Program-made: the position numbers and the translations under genes
Part shown: positions 40,669 to 51,569 of the stretch, in pieces
How the letters are laid out: each line of letters opens with the position of its first letter
How positions within the stretch are numbered: position 1 is the stretch's first letter
The notes under the pieces: generated by a model
What the model was told of the DNA's origin: nothing
What the model saw: the letters and a program-made list of their open reading frames with translations, nothing else
Database searches by the model: none
Assembly (NCBI GenBank): GCA_002410925.1
Contig: DHPR01000012.1
Span: 270,643 to 334,642 of the forward strand
Source: a bacterium UBP13_UBA5359
Lineage (GTDB): Bacteria > UBP13 > UBA5359
DNA length: 64,000 nt
Direction: 5' to 3'

Positions 40669-41621
40669 TGGATCTGATCGAGATACTGAAGCATCGGCCT
40701 GTTGTTCTTGCTCCGATGGCCGGCATTACGGATAAGAGCTTTCGGTTGATATGCCGGCGCCTGGGAGCGGATCTTGTCTATACGGAGATGGTCAGCAGCT
40801 GGGGGCTCCATTATCGCAATGCGGCTACTGTGGATATGTTGGATTTTAGCGGGGAGGACCGGCTGGTGGCACAGATATTTGGTGCTGATCCGGCAGTTAT
40901 GGCTGAGGGCGCTCTGATGTTGCAGGAAAGAGGTGCAGGGGCGGTAGATATTAATGCCGGTTGTCCGGTGCCTAAAGTGGTAAAGACCGGAGCCGGTTCC
41001 GAACTGATGCGCGACCCGGAGCTACTTAACCGTATAGTACATAGTGTAGTGCAAGCGGTCGAGCTTCCTGTCACGGTTAAAATTAGAACGGGCTGGAACG
41101 CCAGCAGCATAAATGCTGTCGAGGTTGCTTTGGCGGCTCGGGACGGGGGTGCCGCCGCCATAGCGGTGCATGGTAGAACCTGCCGCCAGATGTACGGCGG
41201 CAGGGCTGATTGGGATGTGATAGCCAGGGTTGTTGATGCGCTGGATATTCCGGTGATCGGTAATGGAGATATTGCTGGTCCTGAGGATGCTGCTCGGCGG
41301 TTGTTCGAAAGCGGCTGCGCTGGAGTGATGCTTGGCCGGGCAGCTCTGGGAAATCCTTGGATCTTTGGCCGAATTGTATCTTTTATCAGGGAGGGGAGGC
41401 TGGCCGCCGAGCCCTCCCGAGAGGAGAAGCTGGCTGTATCTCGGGAGCATCTCTACGATGTGCTGCAGCGTCGAGGAGAAGCACGGGGCATCAGAGAGAT
41501 GCGAAAGCATCTGGCTTGGTATTTCAAAGGAATGCCGGGTGCGGCCAGGTTGCGCGAAAAGATTAATACCATGTCGAGCAAAGAGGATGCCGAAAGGATC
41601 TTTCGGGAGGGATTAAGATGA
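40668..41621 (+). CDS. dusB: tRNA-dihydrouridine synthase DusB
   Basis: LAPMAGITD, DINAGCP, HGRT, GNGDI, GRAALGNPW. Confidence 0.94.
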   Translation: MDLIEILKHRPVVLAPMAGITDKSFRLICRRLGADLVYTEMVSSWGLHYRNAATVDMLDFSGEDRLVAQIFGADPAVMAEGALMLQERGAGAVDINAGCPVPKVVKTGAGSELMRDPELLNRIVHSVVQAVELPVTVKIRTGWNASSINAVEVALAARDGGAAAIAVHGRTCRQMYGGRADWDVIARVVDALDIPVIGNGDIAGPEDAARRLFESGCAGVMLGRAALGNPWIFGRIVSFIREGRLAAEPSREEKLAVSREHLYDVLQRRGEARGIREMRKHLAWYFKGMPGAARLREKINTMSSKEDAERIFREGLR

Positions 41622-42592
41622 AAAAAGTTGTCAGTGTAAGTCTGGGTTCTTCCAAACGGGACCATGCTGTGGAGATAAAGCTGTTTGGCGAACGAATCAA
41701 AGTACGCCGCCTGGGTACAGACGGCAGCTTGCAAAAGGCTATAAAGATGATCGGTGAGCTGGATGGTGAGGTTGATGCCATTGGCTTGGGAGGGATAGAC
41801 CTCTATTTGGTAACAGCGGGAAAAAAATTCGTGGTTCGAGATGCCCTCAAAATGGCCAAAGCCGCCTTTATAACACCGGTAGTGGACGGCAGTGGGTTAA
41901 AGAACACGTTGGAGCGACAGACCGTTGAGTATCTTGTCAGGAAAGGGCTGCTCGCTCTCTCTGGCCGGCGGGTGATGCTGGTAAGCGCCGTTGACCGCTT
42001 CGGCATGGCTGAAGCGGTTGAGGAGATGGGGGCGGAGTGCCTCTTTGGCGATGTGATCTTTGCTCTTGGGCTGCCGGTGCCGATACGCTCGTCGCGGATA
42101 TTGAAAATATTAGCCCTTACGCTGCTGCCTATTATCTGCCGGCTGCCGTTCAAATTAATATACCCTACTGGAGAGAAACAGGAGGTGGAAGATCCTAAAT
42201 ATAGCAGGTATTTCGATTGGGCTGAGGTCATAGCCGGAGATTTTCATTTTATCAAGAGATATATGCCTGCCCGGCTTGACGGCAAGGTAATTATCACCAA
42301 TACTGTTACGGCTGCAGATGTGGAGCTGTTCCGGCAGCGAGGCGTAAAGATGCTGGTGACCACTACTCCTGAACTTAGCGGACGCTCTTTCGGCACCAAT
42401 GTTATGGAAGCTGCACTGGTAGCTGTCAGCGATAAGCCGGCCTCTCAGATTACTCCCGAAGATTATTGGGAAGCATTGAAGAAGCTGGGTTGGTGCCCCA
42501 GAATAGAGCATTTTGATGTGCCGGAGAGGGAGCTTGCAGGGGTTACGGAAGAGAAGAGCAATAGAGATATTGAACAGAGGAATAATAAATGA
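41618..42592 (+). CDS. Conserved protein of unverified function (family often labelled quinate 5-dehydrogenase)
   Basis: VVSVSLGSSKRD, GLGGIDLY, VDGSGLKNTLER, GRSFGTNVMEA; recognised from memory, function not supported by motifs. Confidence 0.6.
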   Translation: MKKVVSVSLGSSKRDHAVEIKLFGERIKVRRLGTDGSLQKAIKMIGELDGEVDAIGLGGIDLYLVTAGKKFVVRDALKMAKAAFITPVVDGSGLKNTLERQTVEYLVRKGLLALSGRRVMLVSAVDRFGMAEAVEEMGAECLFGDVIFALGLPVPIRSSRILKILALTLLPIICRLPFKLIYPTGEKQEVEDPKYSRYFDWAEVIAGDFHFIKRYMPARLDGKVIITNTVTAADVELFRQRGVKMLVTTTPELSGRSFGTNVMEAALVAVSDKPASQITPEDYWEALKKLGWCPRIEHFDVPERELAGVTEEKSNRDIEQRNNK

Positions 42593-42604
42593 GAGTATAA
42601 GAAA

Positions 42605-43624
42605 ATGGAAGGATATTATAAAAAAAGATATTCACGGCAGATGCTATTTCAGGGAATTGGCGACGGCGGCCAGGAACGCTTGGCGAGTTCCAGGGCTGTG
42701 ATTATAGGTTGCGGAGCATTGGGAACCGTTATCGCCAACGGCCTGGCCCGCGCCGGTATAGGCCAACTGGTGCTTATTGACCGGGATGTGGTGGAATGGA
42801 GCAATCTGCCGCGGCAAATGCTTTTTGAAGAGAGAGATATCGGTCTGCCTAAAGCCGTGGCGGCGGAGATGCATCTTAGAGCCGTAAACTCCGGCATAGA
42901 GATTACCGGTCTGGCAAGGGATTTCAACGCAAAGACGGCTGAAAGCCTGGTAGCCGGGGCGGATATAGTTCTGGATGGCACGGATAACTTTGCGGCACGT
43001 TTTTTGATAAACGATATCTGTCTGAAGCTGGGAATTCCCTGGATCTATGGTGCTGTGCTGGGGGCTACGGGTTGCTCTCTTACCATACAGCCGGATTATC
43101 CGCCATGCCTGCGCTGTCTTATACCGGAGCCACCGGAGGCGGGTACTTTTCTCTCCTGCCACCAGGCCGGGGTGATCAATCCTGCGCCTGGTCTGATAGG
43201 CGCGGTGGAAGTGGCTGAGGCGCTGAAGGTTTTGAGTGGAGTGCAAACGGATCAGCGATTGCTGGAAGTGGATTTGTGGCAGAGAAATTACCGGCTGGTG
43301 AATGTAGCGGGTGCGGCCAGATTTGATTGTCCTGCCTGCAACGGCCAGTATGATTATCTTCACACCGAAACCGGAAATCACTCACCGCTTTACGCAGGAG
43401 AGGCATCTGTGCAGCTTTACAATACGGCAAAGGCTGAGCGGGTTGATCTCGATGAACTGGCCGGCCGGTTAGCTGGTCAAGGAAAAGTATGCAACAACGG
43501 TTACGTCCTCAGTTTAAGGCAGGAGAACAGGAGTGTTTACTTTTTTACGGATGGAAGAGTTATCGTCAGAGGTACGGATGATCCTGCTCAGGCCAGGCTG
43601 CTGCTGAAGGAATTGCGGCGGTAG
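42605..43624 (+). CDS. ThiF/MoeB family adenylyltransferase
   Basis: RYSRQ, IGCGALG, DRD.VEWSNLPRQ, DGTDNF, PCLRC, CPAC. Confidence 0.92.
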   Translation: MEGYYKKRYSRQMLFQGIGDGGQERLASSRAVIIGCGALGTVIANGLARAGIGQLVLIDRDVVEWSNLPRQMLFEERDIGLPKAVAAEMHLRAVNSGIEITGLARDFNAKTAESLVAGADIVLDGTDNFAARFLINDICLKLGIPWIYGAVLGATGCSLTIQPDYPPCLRCLIPEPPEAGTFLSCHQAGVINPAPGLIGAVEVAEALKVLSGVQTDQRLLEVDLWQRNYRLVNVAGAARFDCPACNGQYDYLHTETGNHSPLYAGEASVQLYNTAKAERVDLDELAGRLAGQGKVCNNGYVLSLRQENRSVYFFTDGRVIVRGTDDPAQARLLLKELRR

Positions 43625-43666
43625 TTCCCGGCCATAGCAAGAGCTTCAAGAGGAGATAAAGAGAAC

Positions 43667-44563
43667 ATGCAGGATAGAGATAAGGCTACGGAGGCCAAAT
43701 ATAAAAGATTGATAAGCTTGCTGCACGACCTGGGTGGCGTTGTCATAGCCTTTTCCGGAGGAGTGGACAGTACCTTGCTGACCAGGGTGGCCTTTGATGT
43801 TTTAGGAGATCGGGCGCTGGCAGTCACGGCAGTCTCTTCTGTTTATACCGTTGAAGAGAATGAGGCTGCCGTTGCCATGGCTCGGCAGATAGGCATCAGG
43901 CATAGATTGTTGAAGACTGAAGTGATGAGCGATGAGCGTTTTGTCTCCAATGCTCCGGAGCGTTGCTATTACTGTAAGAGGGCGCTTTTTCGCTCTTTGC
44001 GGCAGCTTGCCGATGAAGAGGGTTTGCCCTGGGTTATAGAGGGCAGCAATATAGATGATTTGCAGGATTTTCGTCCTGGCAGCAAGGCGGCAGCCGAAAC
44101 AGGTGTCTGCAGCCCCATGGTGAAAGCCGGCCTGAACAAAGAGGATATTCGCCGCATCTCCCGGAAATTAGGCTTATCTACATGGAAGAAGCTCTCTATG
44201 GCCTGCCTGGCATCACGTATACCTTACGGCACCAGATTGACCGTTGAGAACCTTCAGCGGGTGGCTCAGGCGGAGAAGTTGCTGTGTGGGCTGGGCTTCG
44301 GGCAGGTAAGGGTCCGAGATTACGGTTGTCTGGCCCGGATAGAGGTAGAGAAGGAAAAACTGCCGGAGGCACTGCGGCTTGCTGAAGAGATATTGCCCGG
44401 CTTGATAGCGCTGGGCTATAAATATGTTACTTTGGATCTGGCCGGCTTTCGTAGCGGCAGTATGAATCTGGTGCTGACAAACCGGAAGCGACAGTATATT
44501 TCCAGAACTCTTTCAAAGAGAGGGCAGAGATACAAACTGCTTCCAAGCAGACGAGGTGATTAA
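43667..44563 (+). CDS. larE: LarE family ATP-dependent sulfur transferase
   Basis: PP-loop AFSGGVDS, RCYYCK, DFRPG, ACLASRIPYG, RVR, GFRSGSMN. Confidence 0.92.
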   Translation: MQDRDKATEAKYKRLISLLHDLGGVVIAFSGGVDSTLLTRVAFDVLGDRALAVTAVSSVYTVEENEAAVAMARQIGIRHRLLKTEVMSDERFVSNAPERCYYCKRALFRSLRQLADEEGLPWVIEGSNIDDLQDFRPGSKAAAETGVCSPMVKAGLNKEDIRRISRKLGLSTWKKLSMACLASRIPYGTRLTVENLQRVAQAEKLLCGLGFGQVRVRDYGCLARIEVEKEKLPEALRLAEEILPGLIALGYKYVTLDLAGFRSGSMNLVLTNRKRQYISRTLSKRGQRYKLLPSRRGD

Positions 44564-45605
44564 AATGTCGGTTACAACGGTTTTAGGATCGGTGAAGAGA
44601 GAAGAATTAGGGATCATTTTGCCTCACGAGCATCTCTTTATTGACCTGACAAACCAATTCTCCGAAGTTGATGATCCCGAGGCCAGGCGTCGCAGCCGGG
44701 AAGCAATTTCTTTGCAGAATTATGGGTATCTTAGAAGGAATCCGTATGCTCTTAAAGAGAACCTGATTATGGATGACCCGGCAGTTATGGCAGAGGAAGC
44801 GTTCTATTTCAAGCGTGCCGGCGGCTCTACCATAGTAGATTGCACATCCGTAGGTATAAACCGGTCGCCGCTGAAGCTAAAGGCTCTGGCGGAAGAGACC
44901 GGATTGAATATTATAGCAGGGTGCGGCTATTATACGCAGGATACGCATCCGGATGAAATGGCGGAATGGGCTGAGGAACAAATTGCTGCAAAGATGGTAA
45001 GAGATCTCTGTGAAGGCATTGGAGATACCGGCATCCGTGCCGGAGTCATCGGCGAAATAGGTACCGGTGCTCCAATTCATCCGAACGAGATAAAATCCTT
45101 GCGGGCGGCTGCTCTGGCGCACAGGCAGACCGGTGCTCCAATACAGATACATACATATCCCTGGGGCACCACCGGCCTTGAGGTCCTGGATATTCTGGCA
45201 GCTTTGGACGTAGATCCGGCTCGGGTGGTTATCTGCCATATCGATGTGGTGTTTAACATACCATATATAAAAGAGCTTTTACGGCGAGGTGCTTATGTAG
45301 AGTTCGATAATTTCGGTAAGGAATTCTACATCGACAGCAAAGATCGTCTGGGATTCACCGGTGGTGTCTTTGCTACCGATCTGGAGAGAGTACGAGTCAT
45401 CAAAGAGCTTGTGGCGGCAGGTTTTGAAAAACGTATACTCATTACCAACGACCTTTGTCTTAGACAGATGCTGCATCGTTACGGCGGGTGGGGCTATGAT
45501 CATATCCTTTCCCATATTTTGCCGATGATGATGGACGAGGGCATTGCGGAGGGTATTGCTCGGTCCATGACACAGGATAATCCTGCCGACTGGTTGTGTC
45601 CATAA
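44556..45605 (+). CDS. Phosphotriesterase-related amidohydrolase
   Basis: PHEHL, GGSTIVD, GVIGEIG, IHT, CH, TND. Confidence 0.9.
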   Translation: MIKMSVTTVLGSVKREELGIILPHEHLFIDLTNQFSEVDDPEARRRSREAISLQNYGYLRRNPYALKENLIMDDPAVMAEEAFYFKRAGGSTIVDCTSVGINRSPLKLKALAEETGLNIIAGCGYYTQDTHPDEMAEWAEEQIAAKMVRDLCEGIGDTGIRAGVIGEIGTGAPIHPNEIKSLRAAALAHRQTGAPIQIHTYPWGTTGLEVLDILAALDVDPARVVICHIDVVFNIPYIKELLRRGAYVEFDNFGKEFYIDSKDRLGFTGGVFATDLERVRVIKELVAAGFEKRILITNDLCLRQMLHRYGGWGYDHILSHILPMMMDEGIAEGIARSMTQDNPADWLCP

Positions 45606-45652
45606 AATGAAGACAGCGTTCTCAACAGGGTTTTTCTTCTTTGCCAATCAGG

Positions 45653-45681
45653 TTGACAATATCTGCTTTGCTCGGTAATAT
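45653..45681 (+). promoter_or_regulatory. SigA-type promoter for the PfkB kinase
   Basis: TTGACA-N17-TAATAT. Confidence 0.55.
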
Positions 45682-45818
45682 TTACAAGGGTTAGCCTGCA
45701 GTTTGAATGCACTTTTAAAAGAGCATGTAGGCTGAGGGAGAGCGCCAGAGTATAATTTCTTAACTATCTTCAGCTATAAAAGCAAATAAAAGAAAAAGAA
45801 ATGGAGAGGGATATTATC

Positions 45819-46898
45819 ATGAGTATTGAACTGAAGAAAGATTGCCGGTACAGCCTTGTTGTTCCCACCAGTATAGGTATTCGTCTGACGCCGGCTAACG
45901 GCCAGCCGATGCATTGCAGCAAGAACCTTATTATGCAGGCAACCAGTGCGGAAACAAATGTGGCCAGCATATCGTCATATCTAGGCCTGCCGGTAAAGGT
46001 CCTGACAACATTCGTTAAAGATAGTCCGATAGCAAGATTTATCAAAGATGACCTTGCCAGCCGCCATATGGATTATGAAGGGCCTGAAGTGGAGCAAGGC
46101 GGCCCATGGGGTTATCGCCACCAGTTCAATCTTGCCGATAGCGGCTATGGCAGCCGGGGGCCTCGTGTTCATAATGACCGTGCGGGCGAGGTCGGCAGGA
46201 CTTTGAATGTCAAGGACTTTGATCCGGATCGTATCTTCGGGCAGGAAGGGGTGCAAATAATGCATCTCTCCGGGCTTATCGCAGCCCTATCTCCGGAGAC
46301 CGGTGTCTTCTGTCTGGAGCTGGCCAGGGCAGCCAAAAAATATGGTACGCGTATCTCTTTTGACCTCAATCACCGGGCCTCTTTCTGGATCAATCGTGAG
46401 GAAGAGCTTCATAGGATATTCACGGAGATTGCAGGGATTGCGGATATTCTGATAGGCAATGAAGAGGATTTTCAGCTCTGTTTGGGTATCGATGGGCCTG
46501 AGGCAGGCGGCAAAGATATCAAAGCCAAGATTGAAAATTTCAAAGGCATGATAAACCGTGTCAAAAAGAATTTTTCTAATGCCACGGTTTTTGCCACGAC
46601 ATTACGCCAGGTTATCAGTGCCAACCACCATCTGTGGGGGGCCATTTTGTCTGAAGGTGATGATTGGCATATTGTTGAGCCTCGCGACATAACCGTTTTG
46701 GACCGCATAGGCGGCGGTGATGGTTTTGTGGGTGGTATGCTCTATGCCATTTTGAGAAACTGGGAGCCGCAGAAGTGGGTGCAGTTTGCCTGGGCTACCG
46801 GAGCACTGGCAACCACCATGCTGACCGATTATGCTCAGCCCGCAGATGAAGAACAGGTTTGGAGCATCTGGAAAGGGAACGCACGCGTCAGAAGATAA
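45819..46898 (+). CDS. PfkB family sugar kinase (KDG kinase-like)
   Basis: SFDLNHRASFW, GNEED, DRIGGGDGF. Confidence 0.88.
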   Translation: MSIELKKDCRYSLVVPTSIGIRLTPANGQPMHCSKNLIMQATSAETNVASISSYLGLPVKVLTTFVKDSPIARFIKDDLASRHMDYEGPEVEQGGPWGYRHQFNLADSGYGSRGPRVHNDRAGEVGRTLNVKDFDPDRIFGQEGVQIMHLSGLIAALSPETGVFCLELARAAKKYGTRISFDLNHRASFWINREEELHRIFTEIAGIADILIGNEEDFQLCLGIDGPEAGGKDIKAKIENFKGMINRVKKNFSNATVFATTLRQVISANHHLWGAILSEGDDWHIVEPRDITVLDRIGGGDGFVGGMLYAILRNWEPQKWVQFAWATGALATTMLTDYAQPADEEQVWSIWKGNARVRR

Positions 46899-47217
46899 TG
46901 GCCTATCATCATAGTATCGGCACAGCGGCTGTCTGCGACCGGGGAGGATATGAAAGCGGCGTTAGTACTGCAGGGCTGCAATCGGAAGAGATATTGAAAG
47001 AGGCAAAAGCTCTTTTGTTGCTCAAAGATCGAGCGCCTGAAGATATAGACGAAAAGGCCGGTAGAGCTCTCTCTTGCCTTTGATGAAGAAGCTGAAAAGA
47101 AGACGATAACGAGAAGGAAGATAGCGTTTTGTGCTGCGGAGCAGCACGATGCTTCTGCCTGATAACGGATACTTCTTGTTGTTGGCGGCTACGAGGTATT
47201 TTCTTCTGAGCAGGCGG

Positions 47218-47231
47218 CGAACACCCGTTTG
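47218..47231. promoter_or_regulatory. LexA (Cheo-type) box upstream of lexA
   Basis: CGAAC-ACCC-GTTTG overlapping the -35 region of a promoter whose extended -10 is TGTTATAAT (47250-47258). Confidence 0.75.
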
Positions 47232-47278
47232 TTCTTTTCCGGGCTTTTCTGTTATAATAGGCTCGAGAGGAGCTATAA

Positions 47279-47884
47279 ATGGATAATCTCAGTCAGCGAC
47301 AGCGTCTGATTCTGGACGTTATCAAGCAGAGCATGGAGAAGCGGGGGTATCCACCTACTGTAAGAGAGATAGGAGCGGCCGTTGGCTTGCGTTCCACTTG
47401 TACGGTGCACAAGCATCTGAACTCTTTGGAACAAAAGGGATATATCCGGCGCAACCCGCTGATTTCACGCTCTGTGATGCTGGCTGAAGATTCGCTGACT
47501 CGCAAAGCGGAGGTAGCTGAACTGCCTTTGGTCGGGCGTGTAGCTGCCGGCGTTCCTCTGCTGGCAGCAGAGAATGTGGAGGAGATGGTGCCGCTGCCAT
47601 TGACCATTACCGGGGGGCATGATGCTTTTGTACTTAGAGTAGTGGGCGAAAGCATGATCGGTGACGGTTTGCTGGATGGCGATTATGTAGTTGTGGCTCG
47701 TCAGCAGACGGCTGTGAACGGTGATCTGGTCGTGGCTCTGATAGGGGAGGAAGCTACCATCAAGCGCTTTTACCTGGAAGCCGAGATGGTACGGTTGCAG
47801 CCATCCAACCCGGTGTTTCAGCCGATTCTATTACGGGATGTGACTATTTTGGGAAAGGTGATCGCCTCCTATCGAGTGTATTGA
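47279..47884 (+). CDS. lexA: SOS repressor LexA
   Basis: GYPPTVREI, Ala-Gly cleavage site VAAGVP, GESM, TIKRF. Confidence 0.97.
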   Translation: MDNLSQRQRLILDVIKQSMEKRGYPPTVREIGAAVGLRSTCTVHKHLNSLEQKGYIRRNPLISRSVMLAEDSLTRKAEVAELPLVGRVAAGVPLLAAENVEEMVPLPLTITGGHDAFVLRVVGESMIGDGLLDGDYVVVARQQTAVNGDLVVALIGEEATIKRFYLEAEMVRLQPSNPVFQPILLRDVTILGKVIASYRVY

Positions 47885-47950
47885 TTGCTCGCTGGAGCAG
47901 ACCGCTTCATACTTTCCGGTAAGCATTTTGCAGGGAACAACATCATCTGT

Positions 47951-47983
47951 AACCCTCCTTTGCCAAGGCTACGGAGGGTTTTT
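47951..47983 (+). terminator. Intrinsic terminator after lexA
   Basis: AACCCTCC...GGAGGGTT followed by TTT. Confidence 0.65.
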
Positions 47984-48187
47984 AATTATTATGGCAGCAG
48001 AATTCTTGGAATAAGAATTAGGGAAAGGGAAGTTACTCCCGGGGGTAGAATAAAGTATAGTATCGGAGTTCAGAGGTTCAAGGACGCCCTGCAGGCTGCT
48101 GAAGTCTTCTTCATAACTGGCTTTTACGGTGAACTGTGAATCTGGAACGATAGCTGAAAGGCATAATTTATGGCAGGAGTGGTAAGA

Positions 48188-49066
48188 ATGGGCTTACAGA
48201 TCTATGTGAATGGTCATTATTATGATGAAGAGGAGGCTAAAATCTCTGTGTTTGACCACGGTTTCCTTTATGGAGACGGGGTCTTCGAAGGTATAAGGGC
48301 TTATAACGGTCGGGTTTTCCGTTTAAAAGAGCATATCGTTCGTTTATACCGGTCAGCAAAATCAATTGCTTTGGATATATCTATGTCTATGGAAGAGATG
48401 GAAGCGGCTTTATTGGAAACGTTGCGGCGCAACGAGTTGAAAAATGCCTATATCAGGCTGGTGGTCTCCCGTGGCAAGGGGGATTTGGGCCTCGATCCCC
48501 GAAAATGTTCCAAGCCAACGATAGTTATTATCGCTCATCGGATAACGCTCTATCCGGAGGAAACATATAGGGATGGTCTGGAAGTAAGAACCCTCTGTAC
48601 CAGACGTAGTCTGGCCGAGGCACTGAATCCTGCCATCAAATCGCTGAATTACCTCAACAACATTCTGGCTAAGATAGAGGTTATCAATGCGGGATTGCTG
48701 GAAGGCATTATGTTGAATAATCAGGGATATATCGCTGAAGCTACGGGAGACAATGTTTTCATTTACAAGGACAATGTGCTTCTGACGCCTCCTCCATCGG
48801 TCGGTATTCTGGAAGGAGTGACTCGCGGCGCAGTTATGGAGCTGGCTCGGGAAATGGGAGTGGATGTCAGAGAAGAGCTCTTTACGCAGCATGATATATA
48901 TATTGCCGAGGAGGCTTTTCTTACAGGAACTGCAGCGGAGATTATACCTGTCGTCAAGGTGGATGGTCGCAGTATAGGCAAAGGATGCCCCGGCAGTATA
49001 ACGATGGAGCTTATCTCACGCTACAGGACATTGGCTAACAGTACGGGAACGGAGATATACGCATAG
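48188..49066 (+). CDS. ilvE: Branched-chain amino acid aminotransferase
   Basis: DHGFLYGDGVFEG, KSLNY, EATGDN, ILEGVTR, EAFLTGTAAE. Confidence 0.95.
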   Translation: MGLQIYVNGHYYDEEEAKISVFDHGFLYGDGVFEGIRAYNGRVFRLKEHIVRLYRSAKSIALDISMSMEEMEAALLETLRRNELKNAYIRLVVSRGKGDLGLDPRKCSKPTIVIIAHRITLYPEETYRDGLEVRTLCTRRSLAEALNPAIKSLNYLNNILAKIEVINAGLLEGIMLNNQGYIAEATGDNVFIYKDNVLLTPPPSVGILEGVTRGAVMELAREMGVDVREELFTQHDIYIAEEAFLTGTAAEIIPVVKVDGRSIGKGCPGSITMELISRYRTLANSTGTEIYA

Positions 49067-49079
49067 GGAGGAATGCTAT

Positions 49080-51569
49080 GTGTGGCAGAGGTTCACTGAG
49101 AAGGCTAAGAAAATAATTGTTCTGGCCCAGGATGAAGCACAGAAACTGGGATGTGCCTATGTAGGCACGGAGCATTTATTGTTGGGCATCCTTCGTGAAG
49201 GCGAGAGCCTGGCGGCGAAGATGCTGCTAAGCGGCGGCATGTCGCTGGAAACGACGCGCTTTGAAGTGGAGCATATCGCCGGCAAGGAGCATAATTCGCT
49301 GGAAAAGGAGATGACCTTTACGCCGCGTTCCAAGAAGGTGCTGGAGCTAGCCTTTGATGAAGCTCGTCAGCTAAGCCATAACTACATCGATGCCGAACAC
49401 CTCTTTTTGGGGATACTTCGTGAAAGGGAGGAATCTTTTCGCGAGGGGAAGGGAGAAGGTGTAGCTACAAAGGCATTGGTTAACCTCGGCCAGGATGTGG
49501 ATAGATTGCGCTGGCAGTTGATGCAATTGATGCAGGAGGGCGGAACATCCGTATCGCCGGCGCGGACCAAGGCAAAAACGCCCACTTTGGATGAATTCGG
49601 ACGTGATCTGACGGCTCTGGCTCGGGAGAACAGGTTGGATCCGGTAGTGGGGCGGGAGCGAGAGATAGAGAGAGTTTTGCAGATATTATCCCGCCGGACT
49701 AAGAACAACCCGGCTCTTATAGGCGAGCCGGGGGTGGGAAAAACGGCTATTGCGGAAGGCCTGGCTCAACGTATTATTAAAGAGGAAGTTCCCGATCTTC
49801 TTCATAATAAGCGAGTGGTAACCCTGGATCTGGCGGCCATGGTTGCCGGAACTAAATATAGAGGCGAATTTGAAGAGCGCCTTAAAAAAGTCCTGGATGA
49901 GATACGTAAAGCGGCCGGCGAAGTGATTGTATTCATCGATGAGTTGCATACGCTGGTCGGCGCGGGGGCGGCGGAGGGAGCCATGGATGCAGCTTCCATC
50001 ATCAAACCGATGCTGGCAAGAGGGGAGTTGCAGTGCATAGGGGCCACCACGCTTACCGAGTATCGTAAATATGTGGAAAAGGACAGTGCTCTGGAACGAC
50101 GTTTCCAGCCGGTCAAGGTGGGAGAGCCGACAGTAGAGGAGACTCTTCAAATATTGAGAGGGCTGCGTGATAGATATGAAGCTCATCATCGCTTGAAGAT
50201 CAGTGATGATGCATTAAGCGCTGCAGCTGTCCTGGCTGAAAGATACATTGCCGATAGATTTCTGCCGGATAAGGCCATTGATTTGATGGATGAAGCGGCA
50301 TCTCGCCTGCGGCTCTCTTTCAGTGTAGCACCACCCGAATTACAGCAGATAGATAGGGAGCTGCAACATCTTCAGCAGGAGAAGGAGGCCTCTGTTCGGG
50401 CGCAGGAATTTGAAAAGGCTGCTGAGCTCCGAGATCATGAAGACAAGCTGCGTCTGCGTCGCAGCGAATTGCAGGCAACTTGGAAGAAGAACAAGGGCGT
50501 GGTCAGAGCCACGGTTACGGCTGAGGAGGTTTCTCAGGTTGTAGCTACCTGGACCGGTATACCGGTGACCAAGCTTAATGAAGAGGAATCCCAGCGTTTG
50601 CTGGAAATGGCAGCCGTTCTGAAAAACAGAATCATCGGTCAGGATGAAGCGGTGGATGTTGTCTGCCGAGCGGTGCGTCGCTCCCGGGCCGGGCTACGTG
50701 ATCCCAAACGCCCGGCGGCGTCGCTTATCTTTGTTGGACCCACCGGAGTTGGGAAGACAGAGCTGGCCAGAGCTCTGGCAGAGTATTTATTTGGGAATGA
50801 AGAAGCTATAATCAGAGTAGATATGAGCGAGTATATGGAGAAGCATACCGTCTCCCGTCTGGTGGGATCACCTCCCGGATACGTGGGATATGACGAGGGA
50901 GGCCAGCTTACCGAAGCCGTCAGGAGAAGGCCATATTCCGTAGTGCTCCTGGATGAGATAGAGAAGGCCCATCCCGATGTTTTCAATATCCTGCTGCAGG
51001 TTATGGAGGATGGCAGGCTGACCGATGCTCATGGCAGAGTAGTAAGCTTCAAGAACACCATTGTTATCATGACTTCCAATTTAGGATTGCAGGAAATGCA
51101 TGCTCGCTCTGTAGGCTTCAAGGCGCTTCAAGAGGAGCGGATTATCGATGAAAAACAGCGCTATAATAGTATGAAGCGACATGTTATGGAAGAGGTAAAG
51201 AAGACCTTCCGGCCCGAATTTTTGAATAGAGTGGATGAAACGGTGGTTTTCAATTATCTTTCACCGCTGGAGATAGAGGGTATCGTGGAGCTTATGGTAG
51301 CTGAAGTGGAGACGAGGGTAAAGGCTCATGGCTACGATATATGCATAGGCGAGGAGGTTAAGAAATTAATAGCTCATGAGGGCTTTGATCCTGCCTACGG
51401 TGCCCGCCCGTTACGCAGAGCTATTCAACAATTGCTGGAGGATCCGCTCTCTGAAGAAATCCTTCGCGGTACATTCGCAGATGGCGATATGATAGAGGTT
51501 GAAACGGAGGAAGCAAAGGTGGTATTCAAGAAGGAATGCCGAGAAGGGGCAGGTCTTTCTGCAGGATAA
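49080..51569 (+). CDS. clpC: ATP-dependent Clp protease ATPase subunit ClpC
   Basis: Clp N repeats, [12 protein letters not shown] domain, [16 protein letters not shown]. Confidence 0.97.
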   Translation: MWQRFTEKAKKIIVLAQDEAQKLGCAYVGTEHLLLGILREGESLAAKMLLSGGMSLETTRFEVEHIAGKEHNSLEKEMTFTPRSKKVLELAFDEARQLSHNYIDAEHLFLGILREREESFREGKGEGVATKALVNLGQDVDRLRWQLMQLMQEGGTSVSPARTKAKTPTLDEFGRDLTALARENRLDPVVGREREIERVLQILSRRTKNNPALIGEPGVGKTAIAEGLAQRIIKEEVPDLLHNKRVVTLDLAAMVAGTKYRGEFEERLKKVLDEIRKAAGEVIVFIDELHTLVGAGAAEGAMDAASIIKPMLARGELQCIGATTLTEYRKYVEKDSALERRFQPVKVGEPTVEETLQILRGLRDRYEAHHRLKISDDALSAAAVLAERYIADRFLPDKAIDLMDEAASRLRLSFSVAPPELQQIDRELQHLQQEKEASVRAQEFEKAAELRDHEDKLRLRRSELQATWKKNKGVVRATVTAEEVSQVVATWTGIPVTKLNEEESQRLLEMAAVLKNRIIGQDEAVDVVCRAVRRSRAGLRDPKRPAASLIFVGPTGVGKTELARALAEYLFGNEEAIIRVDMSEYMEKHTVSRLVGSPPGYVGYDEGGQLTEAVRRRPYSVVLLDEIEKAHPDVFNILLQVMEDGRLTDAHGRVVSFKNTIVIMTSNLGLQEMHARSVGFKALQEERIIDEKQRYNSMKRHVMEEVKKTFRPEFLNRVDETVVFNYLSPLEIEGIVELMVAEVETRVKAHGYDICIGEEVKKLIAHEGFDPAYGARPLRRAIQQLLEDPLSEEILRGTFADGDMIEVETEEAKVVFKKECREGAGLSAG

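Noticed and set aside
47885-48187. T-box or leader-peptide attenuator for ilvE
   Set aside because: No T-box antiterminator motif and no short BCAA-rich ORF with an RBS
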